Assembly (NCBI GenBank): GCA_043737915.1
Contig: JAYSZT010000001.1
Location: forward strand, 5,289 to 69,288
Origin: Acidobacteriota bacterium
GTDB taxonomy: Bacteria > Acidobacteriota > Blastocatellia > Pyrinomonadales > Pyrinomonadaceae
Direction of reading: 5' to 3'
Length of the DNA stretch: 64,000 bases
Below the pieces are notes generated by a model. It was not told where the DNA came from, searched no databases, and saw only the letters and a program-made list of their open reading frames with translations. The stretch's first letter is position 1. Each line of letters begins with the position of its first letter. Of this stretch, positions 36,759-45,926 are shown piece after piece. The translations under genes were made by a program, and so were the position numbers.

Positions 36759-38549
36759 ATGGCTTCAAGTTCATTAAAAATTGCGATCGTTGGCGGTGGT
36801 CTAGCGGGCCTTGCGGCGGCGATGAAGATCGCTGAGGCGGGACACGAGGTAGATATTATCTCGGTCGTTCCGGTTAAACGTTCACACTCTGTTTGTGCCC
36901 AAGGCGGGATCAACGGAGCCGTCAATACCAAGGGCGAAGGCGATTCGCCGACCAAGCATCTCGACGACACCGTCTATGGCGGCGACTTTTTAGCGAATCA
37001 ACCGCCGGTAAAACGGATGACCGACATGGCTCCTGAGATCATCAACCTATTCGACCGCATGGGCGTCCCGTTCTCAAGAACGAAAGAGGGTTTGATGGAT
37101 TTCCGCCGCTTTGGCGGCACCCTACATCACCGCACGGCTTTCTCCGGTGCGTCGACCGGCCAGCAGTTGCTATATGCCCTCGACGAACAGGTCCGGCGTT
37201 GGGAAACTGAAAACAAGGTCACCAAATGGGAAGGCTGGGAAATGCTTTCGCTCATAATGGACGATCATCAGGTTTGCCGCGGGCTAGTCGCGATGAATTT
37301 GCAGACGCTCGAACTTAAATCTTTCGCGGCCGATGCCGTCATCATGGCGACCGGTGGACCGGGAATGGTGTTTGGAAAGTCCACGAACTCCCAAACCTGC
37401 ACCGGCAGTGCGGTCGGTGCGTGCTATGAACAAGGTGCACAATATGCCAACGGCGAATTTATTCAAGTCCACCCGACCTCGATACCGGGCGAAGACAAAC
37501 TTCGGCTGATGAGTGAATCGGCCCGCGGCGAAGGTGGTCGTGTTTGGGTTCCGCGCGATCCGATGGACGCACGCAAACCGAAAGACATTCCTGATGGTGA
37601 GCGATGGTATTTTCTCGAGGAGAAATATCCGGCATACGGCAACCTCGTTCCTCGCGACATCGCAACCCGTGAGATCTTCCAGGTCTGTCTTGAGGGCCAC
37701 GGCGTCGGTGGTGAAAACCAGGTTTATCTCGATCTCACACACATTCCGGCCGAAACGCTTACCCGTAAACTCGGAGCGATCCTCGAGATCTACGAGATGT
37801 TCGTCGGCGACGATCCGCGATATGTCCCAATGCGAATTTTCCCGGGAGTTCACTACTCGATGGGCGGCCTCTGGGTCGATTTCGAACAGCGGACCAACGT
37901 TCCGGGATTGTACGCAGCGGGCGAATGTGACTACTCGATCCACGGCGCAAACCGGCTCGGCGCAAACTCTTTGCTGTCCTGTGTTTACGGCGGCTTCACC
38001 GCAGCCCCGGCGGCGATCGAATACGCCAAGAACGTCGAACGCGGCGAGACCGAATCGAATGGCATTTATGAAGCCGAGCTCAAGAAACAGCAAGCGATCA
38101 ACGACGGTATCGTTGCTAGCACCGGTGGCGAGAATCAGTATAAGTTGCACGAAGAAATGGGCAAGATAATGACTGAGAACGTCACCGTCGTTCGTTACAA
38201 CGACCGCCTCAAGGCAACAGACGAAAAGCTTGTGGAACTGCAGGATCGATTCAAGAATATTTCGATCAACGACTCAAATCTTTGGGCGACCCAGGCCGTG
38301 CCGCACGCCCGTCAACTCCACAACATGCTCAATCTCGCCCGCGTCATCACGCTCGGGGCACTCAATCGCGACGAATCCCGCGGAGCACATTACAAACCCG
38401 ACTTCCCCGAACGCGACGATGAGAATTTCATGAAATCGACGATCGCCGAGTTCTCGGAAGAGTCGCCGATATTCAGCTACCAGGCAATAGACGTTTCGCT
38501 GGTCGAACCGCGAAAGAGAGATTATTCGTCGAAGAAAAAGGCAGCTTAA
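36759..38549 (+). CDS. sdhA: Succinate dehydrogenase flavoprotein subunit
   Basis: From the ATG at 36759 the protein begins MASSSLKIAIVGGGLAGLAAA (FAD dinucleotide fold). It also contains RSHSVCAQGGING (covalent FAD His region), HPTSIPGEDKLRLMSESARGEGG and HGANRLGANSLL. The track ORF start at 36537 overlaps sdhC and is rejected. Confidence 0.93.
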   Translation: MASSSLKIAIVGGGLAGLAAAMKIAEAGHEVDIISVVPVKRSHSVCAQGGINGAVNTKGEGDSPTKHLDDTVYGGDFLANQPPVKRMTDMAPEIINLFDRMGVPFSRTKEGLMDFRRFGGTLHHRTAFSGASTGQQLLYALDEQVRRWETENKVTKWEGWEMLSLIMDDHQVCRGLVAMNLQTLELKSFAADAVIMATGGPGMVFGKSTNSQTCTGSAVGACYEQGAQYANGEFIQVHPTSIPGEDKLRLMSESARGEGGRVWVPRDPMDARKPKDIPDGERWYFLEEKYPAYGNLVPRDIATREIFQVCLEGHGVGGENQVYLDLTHIPAETLTRKLGAILEIYEMFVGDDPRYVPMRIFPGVHYSMGGLWVDFEQRTNVPGLYAAGECDYSIHGANRLGANSLLSCVYGGFTAAPAAIEYAKNVERGETESNGIYEAELKKQQAINDGIVASTGGENQYKLHEEMGKIMTENVTVVRYNDRLKATDEKLVELQDRFKNISINDSNLWATQAVPHARQLHNMLNLARVITLGALNRDESRGAHYKPDFPERDDENFMKSTIAEFSEESPIFSYQAIDVSLVEPRKRDYSSKKKAA

Positions 38550-38596
38550 GAAAGGCGGTCACGTGCCGTTAGCTACCGATTACTTTTATTGATGTT

Positions 38597-39397
38597 ATGA
38601 CCACCAACGCACACATTGAAAAGAAACGCCTTGAGAATCCGCCGGCCACGATTAAGATCAAGGTCCAGCGGCGCGAGAAGGTCGGAGCAAAGGCAAGCTG
38701 GGAAACGTTTGAACTGCAGTACCGACGAAACCTTAACGTCATCTCGGCACTGATGGAGATCCGTAAAAATCCGGTGACCATCGAGGGGAAACAGACGACG
38801 CCGCCCGTTTGGGATATGAGCTGTTTAGAGCAGGTTTGCGGCACGTGCACGATGGTTATCGACGGCCGGGTCCGCCAGTCATGTTCGGCGTTGATAGACG
38901 ATCTCTTGTTGGCCTCAGGCGGCGATACCGTTTCGCTCGCACCGATGTCAAAATTTCCGAACGTACGAGACCTGAAGGTGGACCGCTCGAAAATGTTCGA
39001 ACATCTCAAACAGGTCAACGCCTGGATCGAACTCGACGGCACCTATGATCTCGGCCCCGGCCCGCATATTGCCAACGAACTCGCTCAGGACAGGTACGCC
39101 TTGTCCCGCTGTATGACCTGTGGCTGTTGCCTCGAGGCTTGTCCACAGTACGGCGATGACAACTATATCGGTCCGCAGGCCATAGCACAGGCTCGGCTGT
39201 TTAATATGCATCCGACTGGCAAAACAAATATGGACGATCGGTTGAACGGCTTGCTCGGCGAAGACGGCATCGAGAACTGCGGCAACGCACAGAATTGCAT
39301 CCAAGTCTGCCCAATGTCGTTACCGCTTACGACGGCGATATACGAAACCAACCGCGACATTACGGTCAATGCATTGTTCGGTTGGCTAAAGAAATAA
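38597..39397 (+). CDS. sdhB: Succinate dehydrogenase iron-sulfur subunit
   Basis: It has Cys clusters CLEQVCGTC...C (2Fe-2S), CMTCGCCLEACP and CGNAQNCIQVCP (4Fe-4S/3Fe-4S). Confidence 0.92.
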   Translation: MTTNAHIEKKRLENPPATIKIKVQRREKVGAKASWETFELQYRRNLNVISALMEIRKNPVTIEGKQTTPPVWDMSCLEQVCGTCTMVIDGRVRQSCSALIDDLLLASGGDTVSLAPMSKFPNVRDLKVDRSKMFEHLKQVNAWIELDGTYDLGPGPHIANELAQDRYALSRCMTCGCCLEACPQYGDDNYIGPQAIAQARLFNMHPTGKTNMDDRLNGLLGEDGIENCGNAQNCIQVCPMSLPLTTAIYETNRDITVNALFGWLKK

Positions 39398-39618
39398 GAC
39401 GAAACACATTGATCCGCGAATAAGATCGAGAGTCTTTTCGATCGTGACTTCCGGATCGGCGATATCGACGTTTAATGTCGGCGAAACGCCTGGACTGATG
39501 TGGAGTTCACCGATTTGTCACGAATTTTTCAACCCGCCTCATCCTTTTTTCGCAGTTTTTCTTGGACAATAAATTCATTCACCGCAGCTCTAGCGTTTAT
39601 TTTTCGTAACTTTGCCTG

Positions 39619-39788
39619 TATAATTCGAAAGTTTGTTGTATCGGTAGCTGAGGGCAACCTGTCGGGTAAGGCGCGAATCCAAGATAGCGTAAAATCCGAC
39701 ATAGAAATGCCGGTTTTGTTCTATTGTTTTTAGCGTTTCGAACAAAACGTGTCGGCATACCAGAGCTTTTCGAAGCTCTTTAATTTGC
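39619..39788 (+). ncRNA. Candidate small RNA or transcribed leader upstream of bamA (promoter-like TATAAT, three hairpins, terminal hairpin plus U-rich tail)
   Basis: TATAAT is at 39619-39624. One hairpin pairs gtcgg (39661-65) with ccgac (39696-700). A composite hairpin pairs atgccg-gttttgttc (39707-39721) with gaacaaaac-gtgt-cggcat (39740-39758). A third hairpin reads agagctt-ttcg-aagctct (39762-39779) followed by tttaatttg. The bamA ATG is at 39812. No experimental or covariation support is available to me. Confidence 0.35.
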
Positions 39789-39811
39789 ACTTATAAAGGA
39801 TACTCGGTTTT

Positions 39812-42800
39812 ATGCATAATCTTCGCGCACTAGGGTTTGTCGGTTTGGCACTGATCGCATTGGCGATCCCGACCGTCGCCAATGCTGACAACACTGCGAA
39901 AAGCCCCTCGATCACCTCTGCCGTAAAAGAAAGCGTTACCAAACCTCAACAGGTGGTTGAAAGCGTTGATATTCAGGGCAACCGCCGCCTTCGTGACGAA
40001 GACCTTTTGTATTACATCAAAACCCGTCCGGGCGATGTTTACGACCCGGCCTCACTAGAACGCGACCTCAAAGAACTGCTTTCGCTCAACTTTTTTGACA
40101 AAACAGCAACACGAGTCTTGACTGAGGAAGGTGTCCGCGGCGGCGTGAATGTAATTTTTGAGGTTCGTGAACTCGCAATCATCCGCGATCTACAATTCAA
40201 GGGTTCGAAGGCAATTACTGAGGCTGACATTCTGAAAGAGTTTCGCGAGAAACGCGTCGGCATCTCGAAAGAGGCGGTTTACGATCCGGTCAAGGCGAGG
40301 AACGCAGTGCGCATCCTTCGCGAAATGCTTGCCTCGAAGGGATATCCCAATGCGAAGGTGACGGTGCAGGAAGATGAGGTCTCGGCAACGTCGATCGCGG
40401 TCACGTTCAACGTCGAGCAGGGCTACCGCTCGCGTATCGTTGATATTGAATTCGAGGGCAACGAGAATTTTAAGGACGGCGAACTCCGCGGAGCTCTTGT
40501 GCTGGTCAAAGAAACTGGGGTGATAACTCGTTTCAAAGGGATGGACATCCTCGACCTGAAAAAGCTCGAATACGATCTGCAAAAGAACGTTAAGTCGTAC
40601 ATGTTTTCGAAAGGTTATTTTCAGGCTCGCATCGGCGACCCGGAGGTAGTCGGTCTCGGATACAAACGCACCGGTTTGCCCATAGTCAAGAATTTCCCGA
40701 TCCCGATCCTGACGTCTAAGGACGACACGCTGAAGATCGTGGTTCCAGTTACCGAAGGCCGCATTTTCCGCGTTGGCGATCTTAAGGTCGAGGGCAATTC
40801 GATCTTTTCTGAGCAGCAAATACTTGGTTATGTCGGTTTGAAGAAAGGCGAGATCGCTGACGGCAAGCGTTTGCAGGATGCGGTTTACGAAGATCTAAAA
40901 AAGGTATACGGCGGCCAGGGATTTGTTCAGTATAACGCCGAGTTCGAGCCTGATTTCAAAGACAATCCGACTAACGCAAAAGAAGGCATTGTTGACATCG
41001 TGATCAGGATCGACGAGGGCAAACAGTTTTCGCTTCGCCGCCTTGAGTTTACGGGTAACACGTTTACCCGCGACCGTGTGATGCGTCGTGAATTCCTGAT
41101 CAACGAAGGTGATATCTATAATCAGAACTACCTAGATATATCTGTTTCCCGTATCAACCAAACACAGTATTTCGATCCGGTCGATAAAGATCAGGATGTT
41201 GAGATCCGAACCGATGAAGAAGCCGGAAACGTTGACCTGATCGTTAAGGTCAAAGAAAAAGGCCGACAGCAAATATCGTTCAATGGCGGACTGTCAGGGA
41301 TCGGCGGAACGTTCTTCGGTCTCGAATATTCAACCAACAATCTAGCGGGTCGCGGCGAGATCCTTTCGTTCAACCTCGGTGCGGGAAATCGTCAGCAAAG
41401 CTTGCAGTTCACTTATCAGGAACCGTATTTCCGCAACCGTCCGATCTCCGTCGGATTCTCGCTATTTGCCAGCCGTTACCGCTTTTTCGGTGAAGGAACA
41501 TTCCTCACCCAGAACGTCGACGTTCTGAACTCACTGTACGACCCGAATGGTCAAGTAACGACCGACTCGAGCAACCTCTTTACTCAGAGCACGTACGGCG
41601 CGAATATTTTTGCTACCGCCCCGTTGTCGGAGCTATTTTTTAAGAAACGTCGCTTCACGACATTTAGTCGCGTCGGCTTTACCTATCAGGCTTCACTGAC
41701 GAATATCAGCGATCCGCCGATCAATGATCTGGCCGATCCGGCATCGACGATCCCGGTCATCTATCGTCAGCCGAACATCCTGACCAGCCGCATCACGGCA
41801 ACATTCGCCTACGATACTCGCCAACCGGCCCAGAACGGCATTGACACCCTTAGCGGTAGTCAACTTTCGGTTTCGGTTGGGCTTGCAGGTCTTGGGGGCG
41901 ATGTTCGAACGTACCAGCCGAGTGTGACGTATTCGAGCTTTATCCCGATCCGCAGGAAGAAGTCAAAGAATCCGGAAGTACTTGCATTCCGCATTACGGC
42001 GGGCACGATCGGCTCGTACGGCATCACCGAAAAGATCCGCAACGCAAATTCGATCTCGTTCGTCGGCGGCGTTCCGGCCTATGAAAGATATTATCTTGGC
42101 AGCGAAAATGACATTCGCGGTTACGACTCGCGTTCCATCGGCCCGGTTTCGCCATTCGACACGTTTATTACCAGTCGCAACGTACAGCTTGCGACAAACG
42201 GTTCAGGCACCGTCGACACGGGACACAACCTCGACAGCCGCACGGCAGGAGAACTTGCATCGATCGGCCTCTTGACCGGCCCATCAGGTTCTAACCCGGC
42301 GTTGTTTTCCCGAAACTACCGTTTCATTGGCGGAGATTCGCAAATACTCGGCAATCTCGAGTATCGCATTCCGTTATTTGGACCTGCGACGATGGCTCTT
42401 TTCGCCGACGTCGGCTCGGTCTTCAATCTACGAAAGACCGGAACTCAGACGATCAACAGTGAGTTTCTTAAGGACGACACGTTTTTAGGACCGGGCCGTT
42501 TGACTGCTCTGGGATTGATCAATACGCCGGTGCTCGAAAGCAGCTTTGGTAGCATTCTCTTCTACCGTGGACGAGTTTTGACGAAGACCGATTACATCAC
42601 CGAGTTTTGCCGCGGCAACCGTTTTGGCTGCCCGACGGCTCTTTCACCTCAGATACAGCAGTTCTTTTTGCGAGGTGAGGTCCAGCAGAATTCGCAGCTA
42701 AGAGTCGACGAAAGTGCGTTTTCGGGTCTTAAAGACTATAAAGCCAGCGTCGGTATAGAACTTCGCGTACAGGTGCCGATCGTCAATGTGCCGTTCCGCT

Positions 42801-42913
42801 TGATCTATTACTATAATCCGAACGCCAAGATCGGGTTCACCGACGAATTGCCGGGTATTTTTCTGCCGGGTAAACGAAATGGATTTAGGTTCTCGGTAGG
42901 ACGTACATTCTAG
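39812..42913 (+). CDS. bamA: Outer membrane protein assembly factor BamA (Omp85 family), long form
   Basis: The protein has a signal peptide and repeated POTRA-like units (VESVDIQGNRRL..., IRDLQFKGSKAI..., IVDIEFEGNENF..., RVGDLKVEGNSIF..., LRRLEFTGNTFTRDRVMRRE). The C-terminal beta-barrel ends ...RFSVGRTF (terminal aromatic). It is 1033 aa long. Confidence 0.9.
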   Translation: MHNLRALGFVGLALIALAIPTVANADNTAKSPSITSAVKESVTKPQQVVESVDIQGNRRLRDEDLLYYIKTRPGDVYDPASLERDLKELLSLNFFDKTATRVLTEEGVRGGVNVIFEVRELAIIRDLQFKGSKAITEADILKEFREKRVGISKEAVYDPVKARNAVRILREMLASKGYPNAKVTVQEDEVSATSIAVTFNVEQGYRSRIVDIEFEGNENFKDGELRGALVLVKETGVITRFKGMDILDLKKLEYDLQKNVKSYMFSKGYFQARIGDPEVVGLGYKRTGLPIVKNFPIPILTSKDDTLKIVVPVTEGRIFRVGDLKVEGNSIFSEQQILGYVGLKKGEIADGKRLQDAVYEDLKKVYGGQGFVQYNAEFEPDFKDNPTNAKEGIVDIVIRIDEGKQFSLRRLEFTGNTFTRDRVMRREFLINEGDIYNQNYLDISVSRINQTQYFDPVDKDQDVEIRTDEEAGNVDLIVKVKEKGRQQISFNGGLSGIGGTFFGLEYSTNNLAGRGEILSFNLGAGNRQQSLQFTYQEPYFRNRPISVGFSLFASRYRFFGEGTFLTQNVDVLNSLYDPNGQVTTDSSNLFTQSTYGANIFATAPLSELFFKKRRFTTFSRVGFTYQASLTNISDPPINDLADPASTIPVIYRQPNILTSRITATFAYDTRQPAQNGIDTLSGSQLSVSVGLAGLGGDVRTYQPSVTYSSFIPIRRKKSKNPEVLAFRITAGTIGSYGITEKIRNANSISFVGGVPAYERYYLGSENDIRGYDSRSIGPVSPFDTFITSRNVQLATNGSGTVDTGHNLDSRTAGELASIGLLTGPSGSNPALFSRNYRFIGGDSQILGNLEYRIPLFGPATMALFADVGSVFNLRKTGTQTINSEFLKDDTFLGPGRLTALGLINTPVLESSFGSILFYRGRVLTKTDYITEFCRGNRFGCPTALSPQIQQFFLRGEVQQNSQLRVDESAFSGLKDYKASVGIELRVQVPIVNVPFRLIYYYNPNAKIGFTDELPGIFLPGKRNGFRFSVGRTF

Positions 42914-43075
42914 CCGGGCCAACGAAATTGACTTTAGTTTTGCGGAATATTGATATTACGCTTCTTTTTTGAAACGGCAAGCAACAATTTACGTAGAATT
43001 AGTTTCAAAGTATTGTCATAGAATAAAGATAGAGGCCGATCAAGCCTTTCAAAAGTTTAAGGAGTTCATACGATA

Positions 43076-43672
43076 ATGAAAAGATTTAGTACGGTTGCCG
43101 TCAGCCTTGTTTTTGCGGCGATTTTTGCAGTCTCGGCATCTGCCCAGACTGGAGTTTTGAAGGTTGTTGTCATCAATACCCTCGCGTTTGACGGTAAAGA
43201 CGGTATCGTTAAGTATACCAATGCGATGACGGCTCTCGATAAAGAAGTGGCTCCTCTCGAAGCGGAACTACAAGGTTTGACGACCAAGTACACAAATCTT
43301 GGTAAAGAACTTCAAGCCCTGCAGACACAGATCGCAGCGGGAAAAGTTCCGGTTGATCAATCAAGCGCCCAGGCAAAGGCTGAGGAATATGCAAGTCTAG
43401 AGCTAACGATCAAACGGAAGCAGGAAGACGGTAAAAAGATGTACGAACGTCGCCAGGCCGCAGTGATGGCTCCGCTTCTGCAGGATATCGGCAAAGCAAT
43501 GCAGGATTTCTCCACCGCGAAAGGCTATGATCTGATCCTCGACGCTTCGAAAATGGACCAAGCTCAGCTCTTGCTCGCGTTCAACCCGGTAAAAGTTGAC
43601 GTTACAAAGGAATTTATCACCTACTACAACGCACTTCCTGCCAGAACTGCTTCGACTACAACGCCGAAGTAG
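43076..43672 (+). CDS. skp: Periplasmic chaperone Skp/OmpH
   Basis: It has a signal peptide (AVSASAQ) and a long coiled-coil with OmpH-like ends (VVVINTLAF..., DFSTAKGYDLILDAS). It sits after bamA. Confidence 0.85.
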   Translation: MKRFSTVAVSLVFAAIFAVSASAQTGVLKVVVINTLAFDGKDGIVKYTNAMTALDKEVAPLEAELQGLTTKYTNLGKELQALQTQIAAGKVPVDQSSAQAKAEEYASLELTIKRKQEDGKKMYERRQAAVMAPLLQDIGKAMQDFSTAKGYDLILDASKMDQAQLLLAFNPVKVDVTKEFITYYNALPARTASTTTPK

Positions 43673-43701
43673 TCAAGGTTTTCAGGTAGTCTCGAATGAC
43701 G

Positions 43702-43745
43702 GCCAAAAGCCGGCGAAATTGCATTTTGCCGGCTTTTGGCTTATA
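43702..43745 (+). terminator. Rho-independent terminator after skp
   Basis: A 13-bp stem gccaaaagccggc (43702-14) pairs with gccggcttttggc (43728-40), followed by ttatatatttt. Confidence 0.75.
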
Positions 43746-43789
43746 TATTTTGTAGCCGCCTGTTTTACCGTTTTTTGCGTCATCGTTTT

Positions 43790-44236
43790 ATGCCAATACT
43801 CGACTCAGTCGCGATCCAGCAAATATTGCCCCATCGATACCCGTTTTTGTTGGTCGACAAGATCATCGAACTCGAACCGCGCATCCGTATCGTCGGCGTT
43901 AAACAGGTGACGATCAACGAACATTTTTTCATCGGTCACTTTCCCCAGTCGCCCGTGATGCCCGGCGTTCTGCAGATCGAGGCACTGGCACAGGTCGGGG
44001 CGATACTCGCCCTGCGTGAATTCGAGGACCGGGAAAGCAAGATCCCGTTCTTTACCGGTATCGAAGACGCTAAATTTCGCCGTCCGGTCGTTCCGGGAGA
44101 CACGCTGATACTCGAGGTGACGGCGTTGCGGATCGGCAGCAAGGTTCAAAAAATGCGTGGTGTCGCCACCGTCGATGGTCAGGTAACCGCCGAGGCGACC
44201 ATCGTTTCGATCATCGCCGACCGGCCTAAGGTTTAA
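43790..44236 (+). CDS. fabZ: 3-hydroxyacyl-ACP dehydratase FabZ
   Basis: From the ATG at 43790 the protein begins MPILDSVAIQQILPHRYPFLLVDKIIELEP, followed by NEHFFIGHFPQSPVMPGVLQIEALAQ. Confidence 0.93.
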   Translation: MPILDSVAIQQILPHRYPFLLVDKIIELEPRIRIVGVKQVTINEHFFIGHFPQSPVMPGVLQIEALAQVGAILALREFEDRESKIPFFTGIEDAKFRRPVVPGDTLILEVTALRIGSKVQKMRGVATVDGQVTAEATIVSIIADRPKV

Positions 44237-44240
44237 TTTT

Positions 44241-44519
44241 ATGGAACCAATTCAACTCTCAACTCGCGAAGCCATCTTTTATTTCGCACTCGTTAATTCG
44301 GCTATTGGGTTTGCCCTCGGCATGATCCCGCTTTTGTTCGGATATTTTAATAAGCAGCTTCGCACCGGACTTCTGGGGATAGTGGTAGCGACCGTCGGCG
44401 CAGCGATCATCGGAATTTTTGCGTCTATTCCCGCGACCATCTTCTTCACTTGGCTGGTCATACGCCGTTCAAGAGCTGCCGCTGCTCCAAAATCGACGAT
44501 TGACCCTGACGAATCATAA
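44241..44519 (+). CDS. Small hydrophobic membrane protein (92 aa) inserted between fabZ and lpxA
   Basis: It has two to three predicted TM helices (AIFYFALVNSAIGFALGMIPLLFGYF; LLGIVVATVGAAIIGIFASIPATIFFTWLVI). It is tightly packed, 4 nt after fabZ and 8 nt before lpxA. There is no recognisable family. Confidence 0.5.
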   Translation: MEPIQLSTREAIFYFALVNSAIGFALGMIPLLFGYFNKQLRTGLLGIVVATVGAAIIGIFASIPATIFFTWLVIRRSRAAAAPKSTIDPDES

Positions 44520-44527
44520 TTTCTAAA

Positions 44528-45307
44528 ATGTCGGCCTTTATTCATCAAACAGCTATTGTCGGCTCAGGTGCGCAGATCGGGGACGATTGCCACATCGGGC
44601 CGTTTTGCACGATCGGTGACGAGGTCGTGCTCGGCCGCGGTGTCCGCCTGGAATCGAATATCGTGGTCGACGGCATCACGACGATCGGCGACGAAACGCA
44701 TATATTCCCATTCGTCTCGATCGGTCTCGCTCCGCAGGACCTGAAATACGGCGGTGAACCAACCTCAACGGAAATCGGCAAGCGCAATCAAATTCGCGAA
44801 TTCGTGACGATCCATCGCGGCACTGTCGGCGGCGGCGGCGTAACGCGGATCGGGGACGGCAACTTGCTTATGGCACAGTCGCACGTTGCCCACGATTGCC
44901 AACTCGGCAACGAGATCATCATGGCAAATGCCGCAACGCTCGCCGGTCACGTCGAGATCGCCGACCGGGCAAGCGTCGGAGCTTACTCGGGAGTTCATCA
45001 GTTCTGCCGCGTCGGATTAGAGGCGTTTATCGGTGGGTATTCCGTTGTCGTTAAAGACGCATTACCATTCGCCACGATCCAGGGCAACCACGCCAAATGC
45101 TACGGCCTCAACAGCGTTGGAATGCGTCGCCGCGGGTATTCACGGGAAACGATCAAGCTTCTCGATCACGCCTTTCACCTGCTGCTCTCCGCGAGGCTAA
45201 ACACTACACAAGCGGTCGAGCGAATCCTTGCCGAGATCGTTGGCTGCGAACAGGTGGATCTGCTAGTCGATTTTATCGAGAGTTCGAAACGGGGCGTCGT
45301 AAAATAA
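44528..45307 (+). CDS. lpxA: Acyl-ACP--UDP-N-acetylglucosamine O-acyltransferase
   Basis: It has left-handed beta-helix hexapeptide repeats (IHQTAIVGSGAQIGDDCHIGPFCTIGDEVVLG...), the catalytic region MAQSHVAHDCQLGN, and a C-terminal helical domain (GLNSVGMRRRGYS). Confidence 0.92.
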   Translation: MSAFIHQTAIVGSGAQIGDDCHIGPFCTIGDEVVLGRGVRLESNIVVDGITTIGDETHIFPFVSIGLAPQDLKYGGEPTSTEIGKRNQIREFVTIHRGTVGGGGVTRIGDGNLLMAQSHVAHDCQLGNEIIMANAATLAGHVEIADRASVGAYSGVHQFCRVGLEAFIGGYSVVVKDALPFATIQGNHAKCYGLNSVGMRRRGYSRETIKLLDHAFHLLLSARLNTTQAVERILAEIVGCEQVDLLVDFIESSKRGVVK

Positions 45308-45323
45308 TTACTCGGCCTTTGGG

Positions 45324-45926
45324 CTATTTGCGCCGAGCTTCTAAAACACTCAGGACATCGTTGATCGAGACGTCTTTCGCTCTCAGCAAGATCAGATAGT
45401 GAAACAGCAGGTCGGCCGCCTCCGATTTGAAGGCGTCGATATCATCATCCTTGGCCTCGATCACTAACTCGACCGCCTCTTCACCGACCTTTTGGGCGAT
45501 CTTGTTGATCCCCTTTTCAAAAAGGCTGGCGACGTATGACCCCTCGGTCTTTTTATTTCGCCGGCGATCAATTACGTTTTCAAGCTCTATTAATAGATCC
45601 GTCGGCTGCTGTTCAACGATCGCGTCCCCAAAACAAGTCGCCGTCCCCGTGTGACAAACCGGTCCGCTCGGCCGAGCGGTGATCAGCAGCGTGTCTTCGT
45701 CACAATCGGCCTTGATGGATACAAGCTCAAGATAATTCCCACTCGTCTCGCCCTTCGTCCACAGCTTCTGCCGCGAACGCGAATAGAACGTCACGCGACC
45801 GGTTTCGAGAGTTGCGGAGACCGCCTCTTCGTTCACAAAACCGAGCATCAATACAGTTCCCGTTTCAGCATCCTGTACGATCACAGGAACGAGTCCGTCG
45901 GCGTATTTGTCGTAATTTAGCTTCAT
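45324..45926 (-). CDS. hisI: Bifunctional phosphoribosyl-AMP cyclohydrolase / phosphoribosyl-ATP pyrophosphatase
   Basis: The HisI part contains [50 protein letters not shown] and CHTGTATCF. The HisE part contains GSYVASLF...[13 protein letters not shown]. Confidence 0.93.
   Translation of the reverse strand: MKLNYDKYADGLVPVIVQDAETGTVLMLGFVNEEAVSATLETGRVTFYSRSRQKLWTKGETSGNYLELVSIKADCDEDTLLITARPSGPVCHTGTATCFGDAIVEQQPTDLLIELENVIDRRRNKKTEGSYVASLFEKGINKIAQKVGEEAVELVIEAKDDDIDAFKSEAADLLFHYLILLRAKDVSINDVLSVLEARRK

Noticed and set aside
37284-38150. A 288-aa minus-strand ORF, and overlapping plus-strand alternative-frame ORFs (for example 37513-38169), inside sdhA
   Set aside because: sdhA is unambiguous in its own frame. 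The alternatives are Arg-rich and motif-free, and they have no independent start context.
39500-39942. Track ORFs of 66-77 aa in the sdhB-bamA spacer (39500-39733 +, 39590-39790 -, 39730-39942 -)
   Set aside because: They lie in AT-rich noncoding-looking DNA and overlap each other and the bamA start. They have no start context or motifs. The region is better explained as RNA structure or regulatory DNA.
40190-40819. A 209-aa minus-strand ORF inside bamA, and a 203-aa minus-strand ORF at 53485-54096 inside the FHA gene
   Set aside because: Both are antisense to supported genes, with no motifs and a composition typical of non-coding frames.
45308-45340. The CTCGGC...GCCGAG inverted repeat between convergent lpxA and hisIE, considered as a bidirectional terminator
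   Set aside because: It has only a 6-bp stem with a 15-nt loop, and the second arm lies inside the hisIE coding sequence. There is no U-tract, so it is too weak to call.
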